62,755 nucleotides of DNA, filler included, from Choristocarpus tenellus KU-1152 (GCA_964200185.2; 11 parts of 11 records of this genome joined end to end with filler, not necessarily neighbours in it); one strand, 5' to 3'; positions 1 to 13,490 are shown, counted from the first letter of the whole stretch. The notes: generated by a model from the letters alone, not told the origin. A program made the numbers and translations.

Positions 1-43
1 CAAATGGACAGCCGCGACCCCCCCTCCCCTGATACCTTGAGCC
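1..43. mobile_element. MITE family B, right end only (truncated at window start)
   Basis: CAAATGGACAGCCGC...CCCCTGATACCTTGAGCC matches the end of the copy at 51113-51291. Confidence 0.75.
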
Positions 44-136
44 AATACTAGGGGTTTCAATACGACCAAGATGCATACAAGAAGATGTTGTTCCTTCTCC
101 GTGTTACATCTATAGCTGAAAAACATATAAACTTAC

Positions 137-3100
137 ACCAGATGGAGAAGTAGCTTCTGTTCCCCTTTCCTGGTTGCTAGCATCTTCTACTCCCTTGGGT
201 GATACTGCTGCAAAGGGAGGGGGCGACCTTGGTGGAGACATATTGGCTGGTGCTCCTGGTGGAGCCTGCAAGTGAGAGATTGCATTTGAGGAGCTAAGGT
301 TGTTTGAGAGGGAAGAGCATTGACAAATCATACCATGATGTGTATTGGAGTGTAAACCCGTACTTCTATACGAGCAGAAATCGAAGTGTCATGACCACAT
401 ATTGCTCCTGAATGTTTGAGAGTGCTGGTATTAACTTTGTATTTCAGTTCAAGGCACCCAAGCAAGAACTATTGTTCATGGTCCAACATCCGTCTGCTTT
501 GGAGGCAATCTACATGATGGTCACTTCAGCAGTAGCTCAAGACCAGGTGCTTGAAGCTTAGTGTACCGCCACAAGCACCCTCCATCACAGTTTGTATTTG
601 GGGCAACATCCAAAGTAGCTTCTACCCTCCCTTGCTCCTATTCTGAAGTACAACTTGAGGATGAATTGAGAGTAAAAGTATCTTAGAGGGTACGAGTTTT
701 GCCCTGTTTGTCCATTTGGGACTTGGGTTCCCACAGGTGTTTTATGACATTTTCCTACTCCGATATGTTTCGGAGTACGTAAAATTTGCACGTTACGAAA
801 AGGTGTGTCAGGAACAAGGATATTGACACTTCCTCAAAAACATGATAGTCAAAATTATATATTAAATCGGAACATTGGAATTTGACCCCGAAATGGACGC
901 GGCTCTACCCTCTAAGATACTTTGGCTCTTGACACACCTTAGGTGATGGAGGCGGACTTTTTGGACCCTTTGGAAAAGGAGGTGGTGATGCCTTCTGCTC
1001 TGTCCTACCTTGCTCTCCACCGCCTGATACGTCCTGTGGGTGAGTAGTGGATGCTTTATACATAGAACTACTTGGCAGACTGTCTAAGTCTTGACCTATG
1101 TTAGCCCCGGAGATATCCTTTGCTGCAGACTTGACCCCTGTGTGAGATTCAGAGTTTTTCTGAGGGTGTCAGAAGGTGAAACCAAGAGGAGCATAAGGAC
1201 CAAAATGGAAGGCAGGATGGGTAACTGAGTTGCAGATCCAACCCCTTGTGAGCCATGGTATGGTACCCAAGCCTTCACTTCTATAGCCCTTGGCAAGGAA
1301 CTATGCTTTAGGATGTGAGAAATGCGAACTGAACTGGTAGGGGGTGCTTATCATAGGGGAGGCAATGGGTTGGGGCTGCTTTGGTAGGACAGAGGAGGTG
1401 AGGATAAGTCTCAAGGTACCAATCACATGAGTGCTTCCTTTAAAGAGGCGTGCAGAAGATAAGATTACTTGACCCCCTTAGTAGGGGATGGAAACTGGAC
1501 GAGACGGGCTCAGAACTGAAACCTTTAACTTTTAAAACAAAAATACGTGATCTAAAAATACTTGTACATCGAGCATGCTGTGTGCAAAATACTTGGTAAC
1601 CTTTATTGAGCAGATATCAGCAGCCCTTGTGAAGTTAAGCTGTAGTGTCTTCAAAGGTTCACCTCACCCGTATCACCTGCAGTCACAGTCATTCCTCCAA
1701 AATGATCAGCAGGTACTCCATGTTGTGGCTGAAACTGCAGTTTGCCATGTGGACTCTTTTGTGGACCTTCCTGAGATGACCCCTGGAGGTGTTCCTGATT
1801 TACCTTACCAGCAACGACACTATTGCCTGGGGATCCAGGCGAGGGAGAAGCTGGAGGAGGTTCACGTGGTGGAGGGGGGGCTTTCTTTGGTTGGAGCTCT
1901 GATGGCTGTGGTGTAGGTACATTCACCTTATCGTTGGGAGGCGGCCTTCCTGAGATTTGGCATCCGAATTTGAGGGAACAGAGTGAGAAGTGGGTTTGGT
2001 CATTAGGATCACTGCAATTGTTACCAAAATGGAACTTGGGGTGGACGAGTAACCTCTGGTGGAGGATGACATTTCTTTGGAAGCAGTTCACTTGGCACAG
2101 GCATAGGGTTCTTGGTGATGCAATTTTGGTGTAATCCTTCTAAGAACTTATGTAGAATGGGACAATATGGCATATTGTGGTGTCAAGCTCAATTACTACT
2201 ACAATTGAATAATGAACCAAATCTCCACCTCACCTTTGTTGTCGGTAGGTATACCCTTCGTATTGCTCTCCTTGGTTGGTGTTCCAGGTGGCTGCTGTGG
2301 TGGGGGGCTGCTAGGAGGGCTTCTTGGTGGACCGGGACCTTGTGGAGGAGATGTTGAGGGAGATCTGCGGGGCAAGGGGGAGTTGCTAGAACCCTTCCCT
2401 GGGGCCTGAGGAGGCGGTGAAGCTGGAGGAGATATCCGTGGTGGAGGAGGGGCTTTTATTAGTGGGGATTCCGATGGCTCAGGGGCAGGACTCTTCGTCT
2501 CTCCTTTTCTTGGCGGTCCACCTAAGTTTTGACGTAAATAGGGAAGGGTCTAGGAAGGTTTGAGCGTGACGACCTGTACGATTTGCATTGTAAGCTCTAC
2601 CTGTCGAGTGAAAGTAGTGTCCCTGATCCTTAACGTGCCTGGTGGGGGCTGTGCGGTTATCTTATTGGCTGGTGCTGAAAGTGGAGGAGGTATCCGTGGT
2701 GGAGGGGGAGCCTTTTTCGGTGGGGATTCCGTCTCTGCCTTTCCTGGCAGTCCACCTGAGTTTTGACGTAAATAGGGAAGGATTTAGAGAGGTTTGAGCG
2801 TGAACGCCAGTACTATTAGGCGTATAAGCTCAACCTGTAGAGAGAAAGTAGTGTCCCTGACCCTCAACATGCCTGGTGGAGGCTGTGCGGCTATCTTATT
2901 GGCTGATGCTGAAGGTGGACGAGATCCTGTCGGAAGAGCGAGGCCAGACGGTGGTGGTCCCCTTGGTGGAGGCTTCTCAGGTGCTGTGATTTGTCGAAGG
3001 TGGGGAACAGAGTATTGGTCCAATTACGGAATCACTAACCACTTGTCAAGTGATCTAGTAAGGCAAATCGTGTTAGTTACGTGTGGTCGGCGGTTGGTCG

Positions 3101-3266
3101 CTTCGCCTGCCTCAGATGCACCTATCTGTTGCCCAGCCCGTGGATGCCCTGGTGGAGGCCCGGGAGGTGGTCCAGGGGGTCTTGTCGCTTTCGTGGGAGA
3201 GTTTGGCCCTCCTGGTTGCTGCAAAGTCGGCCGGGGCGGAGCCCCAGTTGGCCTTTGGGGCAACAT
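137..3266 (-). CDS. Multi-exon proline-rich repeat protein, 3'-incomplete, function unknown. Inferred exons: 3266-3122, 2983-2873, 2755-2639, 2521-2234, 1949-1809, (uncertain middle exons), 1033-938, 265-137
   Basis: Pro-rich open frames bounded by AG acceptors and GT/GC donors in consistent phase (MLPQRPTGAPPRP..., KAPPPPR motif three times, ...ASPPPFPKGPKSPPPSPK, APPGAPANMSPPRSPPP). Confidence 0.75.
670..928. mobile_element. MITE family A, full length 259 bp, TSD TTGA
   Basis: ~23-bp TIR GAGTAAAAGTATCTTAGAGGGTA ... TACCCTCTAAGATACTTTGGCTC, with TTGA on both flanks. Confidence 0.92.
2522..2872 (-). repeat. Tandem exon+intron duplication, period 234 bp
   Basis: 2522-2638 aligns with 2756-2872 (GTTTTGACGTAAATAGGGAAG...AAAGTAGTGTCCCTGA...GC), and similarity continues into the flanking exons. 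Confidence 0.85.
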
Positions 3267-4588
3267 CCGAAAAAGATTGCGCCAGGATTCCGAAATATGG
3301 AAATGAGAGTAGGAGGCAAACACAAAAAGTGAGTGAAACCGTGGGTACCGACGCCTCCACCTGGAATATCGGATTATGTTTTTGTTGTAGTTAAGAATTG
3401 TATGATACTTTCTACCTACATATATAAATACCAAAATGGTATCCATAGGAGATTAGTGATACCTTCTCCCCTTCATATTTATTTTATCTTACATGTGATG
3501 ATATTTGGAACAACGATCAAAGAAAGAGTCAAAAACTAATTGAGAGGTGGGTAATGTCACTTTTTTGAAAAGGTCCCCTAAAATATCCGAATTTGGTCGT
3601 TCTTGTCAATTAATTGCTGGAAGCGCCTACTCGAAATTGTACCAAGTTTTCGTTTGAAAAGAGTGAAAAGAATGTGGAGTTTACACACGCCTATACTATT
3701 TTGCTGTTGAGTTGTTTTTTTCACTTGTTTCACATGTTTTTCAGATCTCGGTTTGTTCTGTCCTTGTTATCTAATTGTAGTATAGAATTTCAACACCGTT
3801 CTTTCTGTGGAGTAGGGCTCCTTTTGTATTGTTTGAAACAGATAAATATATACTTATTTTTTTAACTCAGAGTGACTCACTGAACCGCAAAGATCTACTC
3901 AGTTCTTCAGTACAAGGAAACAAAAAGATGATTTTTCTGATGCGTGGTGCAAAATTTTCAAACGTCCTTTGTTGAATGAACCCTTGAAGCTCAAAAACCA
4001 CAGCCCTTGCACCTTTTGTTGTCGCTGATGATAATCGGGAACTTGTCAAAATGGGGTCAAATCTGGCGCCACGTCATGTGTTCGCTCGAGCACTGTTAGG
4101 ATTTGAAGGTCATAGAGGGGACTGTGTTATGCTAGTGTACCTGTCCCACTCTCTGACAATGCTGGTTGTTGTCCAGATTTGCTGTGTGGTGCATAATATA
4201 TACCTTTTTTCCACCAAATCCTATATGGTTGGGAAAATATATTCAATATATTCTCTGGTGTGTGGTAAGCCATGTTAACACTCTCTCTGCCTACAATTGA
4301 AAATCGTCGAAAAAGATAGTCCACTGCTGGTGCTGCTACAACTACTACGATTTACGACATTACGATATTACGATATTAAGACAGCAACAACAAAAAAAAC
4401 AATAATAGTAACGGTAAGGACAAAGAGTCGATAGAGTGGTGTTGGAGGAACAAGAGAGGAGGAGGCGTCAGGTCCAGGACCAACACTCACTATGAAAAGG
4501 ACTGATCATCGGGTGCTTTCTGCTCATCATCACCATGTGTAACTCACAACACAAATGAATGAATGCGTGCAGTAGTGGTAGTAGTAGT

Positions 4589-4607
4589 GACCCAAAGTAT
4601 CTGGGGG
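4589..4607. mobile_element. MITE family B left TIR, truncated by contig end
   Basis: GACCCAAAGTATCTGGGGG directly before the linker. Confidence 0.75.
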
Positions 4608-4707
4608 NNNNNNNNNNNNNNNNNNNNNNNNNNNNNNNNNNNNNNNNNNNNTTAATTAATTAANNNNNNNNNNNNNNNNNNNNNNNNNNNNNNNNNNNNN
4701 NNNNNNN
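4608..4707. other. Artificial contig linker
   Basis: N44-TTAATTAATTAA-N44 (stops in all six frames). Confidence 0.98.
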
Positions 4708-5399
4708 ATTTTGAAGGGTTTCAACCAAAGAGTATCTGGACACCGTGTTCCCCCTCACCCCCCACCCCCTCCATCTCATATAAGGGCGTACGTGCATAGT
4801 GCCACAGACCAATCTTCCGCGCGAAGCACCCTAATGATCTACTTGTCTACAGTATACCCCGCCCCTCCTTCAAAACCGTGAGTGTCCAGATCAGATATTC
4901 TGTACCTACAGACGGGTTCTTTCCCTGTAGATATAGTGAAACATGTGAAACTAGTAGAAAAACTATGGAGAGAGAGAGAAGTAGTAGTATAATAAAATAA
5001 TAGATATAATAGATATTGTATAGAAGTAGTAAATAGTAATAGTAGTATGCTAAAGAGCCACAAGGTTTTAGTTGGAAAGAACGATGAAGGCACGCCTGTG
5101 ACAAATTGTGAGAGTAACTTCTCATCAAATACCTATCTCTAGACGTGTCACGCATTTAATCTGGAGACGCCAGGTCGTTGGGCTAAGAGGGGCTTGACTG
5201 ATTCTTGGAATTCATCTCTTTCTTCTCAACCGCCTTCATAAATCAGTCCATGAACAGTTTCGACTGTTGTTATTTTATGTATTCATAGTGGTTGTAGTAA
5301 GCATTCTTGATTCTTTTTTTCCACATACACTACAACTATGATGGTGAATGTCATAGTCATTTACAGTTCATTGTGTTTTTCGTTGTTTTTTTATACTAT

Positions 5400-6640
5400 T
5401 ACCTGGTATTCTTTAAACATCGTGCGTTTTGTTGTTTTGTGGAAGGAAGGGTGGCTTCTTCCCTCAGAACCAGCGGCCCACTGTGAACCATCCACACATG
5501 GCTATGCATGAGGTACTTCCATATGAACACTGACTGCCCATCTGTGAGGCTGCTGTAGAATCTCCTCCAGTCTAAAGACATATCTATTGACCTGGGTATA
5601 GCTGCCCTCTCAAACTGCCATTGAGCTTGATATTCCACGTTGGTGTGCCCATCTCAAGTCCAGATGAAAGTGCTTGACCTGCCTACCTCAGAGCCCAGGC
5701 TGGTCAATGAGTTTGCAGAGGGTGATGTGGTCACAGGAGGAGGCCAAGGCTGTTGGTCGTCACCTCAATGTTCACACCAGTCGCACCAACTTGGACATGT
5801 CCTTCATCAGATACCAAAATACCTTGCACAAGATTGCAGAACAAGATTTTCCCTCTGGAATCCTTGGGTAGAGATGCCTTTGGTCCTGGAATGTCCTGTT
5901 TTGAGATCAGGAGGGCAATGAGTTTGTACATGTCTATGTGCTGGGCTATGCACAGCAGCTTCATGTCTGCATTCAGGCATTTCAAGGGAAACGTTATCGA
6001 CTTGGTGAGGAGTTGATTGGATCAGGTCATCATCTGGCTATGCGATGGATTGAGAGTGCAGGTCCACCTTGCTCTGTTTTTGGATGGACCCGGTTGCACG
6101 TTCAAGGATATCATCAACCCCAGACTTCAAAGCAATATTGGAGTATGCATTGCAGGCCTCCCCCTTAAGAGACCATACCTGCACCTATTCGAGTTGAGTG
6201 TACCCTGCAGTGCATGAAGCACTTTTTTTCTTTGGCTTTCCACAAGCAACCCAGGTATGCCTTCTGGTTATACATGGATGATCAGGGGATAGATCAGTGC
6301 AGCTGCACCAACATTCTCAGGGGAATACTGGAGTCCAGGGGAGGATCAAGGTGTCAGGCACATCTGTCCCCACCATCAATTGACCCAGTTGTATCTTCAT
6401 ATATGGATCATTGGCCTTCACCATCTTCTCCAAGATGAACTAATTCTAGGAACTCGTGAAGCCATGAGTAGCGTGTGTACTCCCCATAGCTTCAGAGACA
6501 GGGCACATGTGGCATCCACTGTAGATCCTGTGCCTCCGTTTCAGGCACCCACCCTTAAGTGTGTGAAGGATCAACCAACTATGAGAGGAGAAAAAGGCCG
6601 AGCGAGGCTTCTCGATCCTCACGGCTTACAATAATACCAC
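5400..6640 (-). mobile_element. Heavily decayed Ty1/Copia RT-RNase H relic
   Basis: Frameshifted traces: FILEKMVKAND (RT start-like), RYGL, and CKLIDQPGL*GRQVKHFHLDLRW (resembles Copia RNase H KHIDxRxH). Confidence 0.4.
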
Positions 6641-7951
6641 AAATCACTTGCAAATAGGGACCCATTCCCCCTCTAGACACCTCCTGAGGTCTTGCATTCT
6701 GCCCACTGACATGTTGCAGATGCTGTCGTGCACGAGAGGGAAAAGGAGAAATGCGATGAAAAGAAAACTAAACTCCACAATAAGTAAACAAGCAGTGTTA
6801 CGAACCAAAACAAACGTTAGGAAAAAATCAAATCGTTTACAAAAATTATTACTCAACTGAATTGTCGGCATATATGCCAAAAGGCACTCGAGGCTAGGCT
6901 ATAGTGGGGCCCTTTAAAAAATGCGAAATTTGGACTTGAGGTCTTTGCTGTGCTCTTTCTCCATCACCAGAGGCGTAGCATCTCCTATAGTACCTGAAAC
7001 GTATTGTTGCTAGTTTATGCCTAGCTCGATGAAGGCTAAAGAATATGTAGTTGAGGTATTGACTTTGAAGAGCAATGATGACCCTCTTCATCCTCTATTA
7101 TTGTACTACTCTTGGAGTACTTAGTATGTGACCGTACCATTCTTGAGATATCCCTGAAGAAGGTTTATACATATAAGGTAAGTTGTGTCAGTTCGATGTC
7201 TCTTCTGATAAAAAATATAGTCAAACCTTTTCAGTTTATAAACTCGGTTGTTCTCAATTAACTGAACCGAAACCGGCTAAACAGTTGTGGTCCCCAACAC
7301 CAACAAGAATAGAGTTTGGAAATGAAGAATAAGTACACAGCAGGTAGGTACGGGATCCAACAACAACACAACAAGTAAGGCCCACCAGATACACCAACAA
7401 GAATTGCTGTGTATTAAAAAATAGTGAAAAAAAAGCTATACAATTGTAGTCGAACCTGTTCCTAGACTGACACTATCACCACGGCTCAGAAGCAAACGAA
7501 GAATCCCATGAGTCAGTAAAGCCCTTTCACCAACAATCGAGTGTCTCCAGTAATAAACGCATGATACGCCTGGAGATATTGCTATTTGACCGGTTGTGTG
7601 CCTCTAATCCCCCCTTCCCACTAAAGCCCTCCCCCCTTAGAGTACAGTACGATTAATGCTGTAATCGGATGTTACTACGAAAGAGTGTAGTTTCTAAGTA
7701 TAGCCTTGGGCTTCATGAAGTAAAAATCTAGTAAACGCATCAACTTTGCAAGGACCAGAGGTAAATAGTGTGTGGGAGCTATCCAATCCACGGTTAGTTG
7801 TATTCGATATGATGTCCGTGTACTCAAAATCGGACAGGATGATTAGGTGGACTAACTACCCCTTATTCACTTAGCTCATAGCGCACATAATACGATAATG
7901 CTAATTGAAGGAGGAGGGGATGGGGTTGTGGAGCTGATGGAGGAAGGCGAC

Positions 7952-8051
7952 NNNNNNNNNNNNNNNNNNNNNNNNNNNNNNNNNNNNNNNNNNNNTTAAT
8001 TAATTAANNNNNNNNNNNNNNNNNNNNNNNNNNNNNNNNNNNNNNNNNNNN
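7952..8051. other. Artificial contig linker
   Basis: N44-TTAATTAATTAA-N44. Confidence 0.98.
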
Positions 8052-8117
8052 AAAATCACAACATTGTATTTTGATCCCCAAATGGACGCGGCTCTACCCT
8101 CTAAGATACTTTGGCTC
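8052..8117. mobile_element. MITE family A, one end only (truncated by contig start)
   Basis: CCCCAAATGGACGCGGCTCTACCCTCTAAGATACTTTGGCTC. Confidence 0.88.
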
Positions 8118-8299
8118 ATGACTTACCCAGTTGACTATCTCTGCTGGGAAGTCAGGGCAGATTAGGCTCAGAAGCTGACTGATGTCCCCTGTGGCGAAGA
8201 AATCTCCACTGCTCTCAACCTCATCGCCATAACCTCTTGTGCCAACAAAAGTCTGCGAAGGGTTTAAGGTCGGACAGGACAGGATTAGCACCAACCATC

Positions 8300-10800
8300 T
8301 CCTGCTATTCATTGACTTTGGGTGTTGCTGATAGATACCTGAAGATGGCTACTACTGTAGTCCGTAGTAACGCATGCACCGTGTGGGTTACATGAGGTAC
8401 CTCTCAAAATGTGTCCCTATGCAAAGGTGCATTGCTAGAACCGGTACACTCATCATAAACCATCACCCTGCACCAATCATAATTCGAAGGATTGTCATGT
8501 TGAATCGCTGCACTGATATTGGATTTCCAGGTCATTATGGGAAATTGAACAAGGGACTAGATCCTACACCTCCAAGGAAGCAAACTACCCCCCCCCCTTA
8601 CACCAACACCTTCTTTGCCATAAGCTGTTGCAAACACATCAACCCGCTCGCACCTCATCCACAGTTAGGATAAAAGCCCTCCGATTGCGCATAGAGGCAT
8701 TAATGTAGGAGAACTCTCGTCCCATGACATTTTCGAATGCTATCACGCTTCGCGCGAAAGGAGAGAGAGAGGCGGTCAGGGCAGAATGTGTCTTTGAACA
8801 ATATTGGGCACAAGGTCTCCTTGAGCAATAGAAAAATTGAGACTTGCCACACGGAAGATGGCAACAAGCCTCACATGGTAATTGACAATCCTAAACCTGT
8901 TCCAGATTGATAACATAGCTGATAACTACTGTTTCAAACATGTTGGATCAACAAAACCTTCCAGCTGATGTACTCCGCCAAATTGTAAGACCAATAATTG
9001 CTTCCAATGAAGAAGAATAGATTATCGTAGTACGCTTCAACACATTTTCCCATCAACTCATCGTGTTATGGTGGCGAGCAGCTTGTTGAGCAGCTTACTC
9101 TTGTAAATAATCAGATATGAACTCCAGAGGTCGCTCTGGGCGTGCGGCGATGACCATCCGAAGAGCATCCTTTATATACACGCCAATTTCAGAGCAATCT
9201 GTAGTCGCCAAAGTAAAAAAGAGGGGGGGTGGTTAGTGGTCACAGAGTGAGTAAAGTCATAGAGCTGCTGAGACATTGCATATCTCGGATACAAGATGTT
9301 TGTCATGCAATCTCCTCTTATTTGGATGATCACGTTGGTAAGGTTGAGAAGACAGATTGGAGTACACCGGAAAAAGTCCTCCATTGTCTCACCCAGGTAA
9401 TCTTCCACGGCGAGGTCCATGATCGCGTAAGAAATCAGTTGCGGCGGATACATGTAATATATGAGTAGGCTTCTTGAATCTATTTGCGATGTCGTGGTTC
9501 CATGACACGTTCCATCACCTCGCTTTACTGTAACCGTAAAGACGTTTCTTGATTGGATATTGTGCTGGTTTTAGGAAGAGCCTCAAAGTCTGCTTCCTGT
9601 CCTCGCCAAGGTCTTGGCATAATGAGCTATGTAGGCGTACCCAAAGTGCACAGGGACCCCACCATCGCCTCGTCCATGGTTGTCCAGGACTACATCTCGA
9701 AGCATGTCAGGAGGGAAAAGCCCATTCCCGCCAGGCACTCCTTGATTGATTCTCATAATCTCAGTAGGGTTCAAAATTTTTAAGGACCACTTCCTGTCAA
9801 TTTTTAGGACAGACTATAGTCTCTACCACTTACTACGCTCTCTTGTTTGACATTATGATTCAGCCTACGACGAAAACGGTGCTCGCTGAATCTCATATAT
9901 TCTCAGGTACAAGCCAAAGGTTTTGGACTGCCCCTTCGGTAATTTCCCTAGAGCATACAAAACGAACGATTATTGGGATGGCAATCCAACACTGAGGCGG
10001 GATGAGCGAACAGCATATACCTCGCCATCATCTCCCATCAAGGCTCATTGTTGTACACATAAGGTCAAACAAGAGTTAGCACGATATCATAGAAAGGGTC
10101 AGTACCAGCTTGTTGAGGCTCATCACTATCCCTGAGAAAATCAGTTAGTAAGGTCTCATATTAGTGACAATATCATTGATCAGGGTACCAAGGTGAAATT
10201 TCATTGTATATCTCGATATATCACCATGTCCTCTGTGTAGTGGCTGATGACGTTCGGTAGCAGCTGACCATGGAAGACCAGGAAATAACTGATCAATCAA
10301 GCAAAATGTCACCCACCCATGAACACCAACCACACAATCACAAACTTCGTACTTCGTGACATTCAAACGCTAATTAACTCGGTGTATCTCTTTCTCTGCA
10401 ACACGCAAGGGTTCAAGCGGGCGACCTATGTCCTCCAAGCCAGGGGGACGACACAGGCCGTCAAACATTGCCAAGGTGGGGGTGAAGGGCCAATACTCCC
10501 GCCCCAAGAGTGCTTCTGCCGTAAGATCTTGGACTTCATCTGCTCGACCAGAAGCAAGGAAAAACCCTTGTGTTGGCGATCAAGGACAATCGTTTAAGGT
10601 CGGGGGGAAGCAGACAGGGATACGAAGGAAGGCAGACAGACTGAAAGATGCAAAAAATGGCAATGGGAACAGGTGGGGCTCAGCGGAGAAGAAACAAATG
10701 CCACGACCAAAGACCGCAGGATATCAGGGCAAAGGTTGGGAGAATACCAGAGCCGACGAGAACCTTCCCGACAGGGAAGAGCTAGAGGTGATCTGCTACT
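8300..10800 (-). mobile_element. Decayed Ty1/Copia LTR retrotransposon internal region (gag knuckle, PR, INT, RT order)
   Basis: Degenerate motifs in Copia order: FDGLC...GGHRS zinc-knuckle-like (~10420-10470), protease-like GHGD...VTNM (~10150-10330), integrase/SH3-like (~9200-9780), SNAPLH RT-like (~8420-8440); many stops and frameshifts. Confidence 0.5.
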
Positions 10801-11269
10801 GCCAGATTGAGATATGCACTTTTATATGTAAGGTTCTGTAGCTGCAACTAAATCCAAGAAAAACTTGAGGACTTGACAACACTGCTTGTTGTTAACCTCT
10901 GGAGCTGAGATGGCCTCTCGGTTCAATTTCGATACGACAAAATGCACCTAGTTCAAGTGCGTGCACGTATAGAAAATATAATACCCTGCTTGCTGTTCTC
11001 ATTAGTCACAAAGATGTCAACCCAAATGAATAAAATAGGGGCATATTGTGGCAATTGATACTACATCACTAATATAACAGCCTAGAAGAAACTTTGGTTC
11101 AACAGGATGCAGTCACTCAACTTTCCCAGTCTCCTCAATCATGGCATGAATCATTGAAGAGTGTGTTTGCTATGAAATAGTGTTGGATGACGGTCTCATT
11201 CCTTAGACTCTCAACCAAATTCATTGATCTACATTATCTTCCTCATATCCAATAAAAAATGTCTCGCAG

Positions 11270-13257
11270 GCCACAAGGATCTACTTTCTGACAAAGGGAA
11301 AGTTTCGAACCACGCCCACCAAGCTAATATCGAGCCTGGAGGTGGCTAAGGTCACCAATAGTCGACCTGCTAGTGCGCCCAGCTATACAAGGAGGAAGAG
11401 GGTCCAACCTCCTCCCAAGGCTGGTGGGATGTGTGTGTCACATCTTCTCTCTCTCTCTCTCTCCCTCCCTGCACCCATCTTTCAGAGACCTCACAGTTCA
11501 CATAAATTTCGGACTCTGAAGCTTTGCATATTCCCGCTATATTATTCTACTTGTTCATGACACTTCCATAACTTCTTTTTTTAGTCTCCGAATGATAACT
11601 TCAAGGTATCCAGTTAGATGAGAAAGGCACATCCAACTCATGCTGAGTTCGAGGACTAGGGGTGATGGAACAAAACAAAATCACAGCATTTGAATGAGCC
11701 ATTACTGAAGATCAGAACTTGCCCTCTGCCGACGAAATAGGCTCTAAAATTTCAGTCAAAATGTTCCAAAGACATTGAAAAATGTTGAGCCTCAAACATT
11801 GCCAAATGACGTATGAAATTGGAGCCTAGCCTTAAGAACAATTGCCAAAAGAAAATCTGCTTTAGGTGTTGAATCTGATGTACTAACTACCCTTCGGAAT
11901 CACAGGGGCATGGCACAGGCGAACAATAACTGATACAATATTCCGCAAGTACTACATCCGAGGAGACTTGCCAATCTGTGTGGATCACCGTGGCAATGGA
12001 AATGCCATCAAGTGGAAGATTAGGGCATCTGACCTTGACTATCATGTATACTTGCCCATCTTCTTTGAGGGACTTCGAGAGGTGAGTCCCCCCTATGTTC
12101 TTCCAAGACATGTTGTGAGCATAAGGGGGAATAATTTGCTATTCCACTTAAATCAGCGTTTGTATTGATCATGGCTGACCAATGGTGAGTTGTTGCAAAC
12201 TTGCTTTACAGTATGAAAATGCGTTGACTCACTTGTAGAATGCACTTTGCTACAGACTGAGAAAAAGTACTTTGTGCTATACTACATAGCATACATATAT
12301 ATATATATTGAGTGGTACAGGACATCATGTGAAGGAAGCAATATTTACATCAACATCATAGTGACTGCATATACTACATAGAGTCAACAAGATGCGTTCT
12401 GCTCTCAAATTCCTTTTGGGTAGTCACTACTGGGCACTTTTGTGGATGTGTTCCGGCGATGCTATTCTCCTTGATTTTGACATGCCATATTATCCACTAT
12501 GTAGTGCATAATACTCAGCTTTCCTGTCAGCCACCACCCACCAAACTGCACGGATCACCGGCTATTTGCTGCGTGGAAAATCTCTTTCCAAAAGTGGGAC
12601 CTTGAATATCCATCCATGAATATGGGGGATGAAATGCGATGGGATGCATGCTCACTTCACCCAACTGCACTTTATTGGAAAATCATCTTATTTGGACTTG
12701 CTTTTTTCGAGCATATGGAACCATGTATCTGGTTCTACTCCTGAACTATTTCACCTAAGTCCAATTATACGACTCCATCCTGTTGGTTTTGGGATTCATC
12801 GTGACATCTACGCACTGTCATGTGTCTGCAGTTTGAATTTATCAGAGACTATTGTATCGCACCATGGGATCTGTGAAGCACTCCTGTTGTAGATGTCCCT
12901 GTTTTATGATGACTCATGAAGTCAACTTTGTTTGTTCACTCAAATGACATGAAAAAATAACTACACTGTCAACAAGGCCCACTGTAGACATGTAGCCACC
13001 CCTCCCTAGGATACTATGGACCGTACCAGATTATTTGTTGTTGGCCATAGCACGTGGATTGTGTAATCTTCCCTTTTCCACAAGTAGCACTGTTGAGCAT
13101 AGTGGTACTTCGAAGCCTCTTCCTCTGCATACAACACACCTTGGGGTGCACACTTCCTTATGGTCAGGTGGAAGATCCTTACCGCTTCCTCGCTACTCAG
13201 GGCACGCTTGACATGATTGAAGCTGCCCCAGACAAGATACTACCGGTCATCCCTCAG
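11270..13257 (+). CDS. PACRG: Parkin coregulated gene protein (axonemal inner junction protein), partial. Exons 11270-11423, 11906-12081, 13168-13257
   Basis: Spliced translation PPPKAGAW...FRKYYIRGDLPICVDH...IKWK...LDYHVYLPIFFEGLRE|VEDPYRFLATQGTLDMI...KILPVIPQ is the PACRG signature; GT-AG sites in phase; TACTAAC branch point at 11881. Confidence 0.95.
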
Positions 13258-13490
13258 GTACACATGCACTCCACCGGCAACTGAGAGATTAGAAAGGACG
13301 TGGTTCATTATGTTTTGCTTCATGGTTTCTCCAGCACCACGTGTTTCTTACCCTTGCTTCCCCACCTTCCTGAGACATTTGAATTAGCTACTGGTACACG
13401 CTATGAGATACTAAGCATACCCTTGACAAATCCGATTAATCATGCAGGAAAAAGTGAATGGTAGTTGCTTACGTGAGGGTAAATATAAGT

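Noticed and set aside
670-928. MITE-A as an introner (intron-creating element)
   Set aside because: Its ends plus TSDs do not give GT/GC...AG boundaries, and the copies sit in introns, TEs or intergenic DNA rather than splitting exons
1823-3394. Gly-rich plus-strand ORFs (e.g. 2794-3306, 1823-2134)
   Set aside because: Antisense shadows of the minus-strand Pro-rich exons; splice signals support the minus strand
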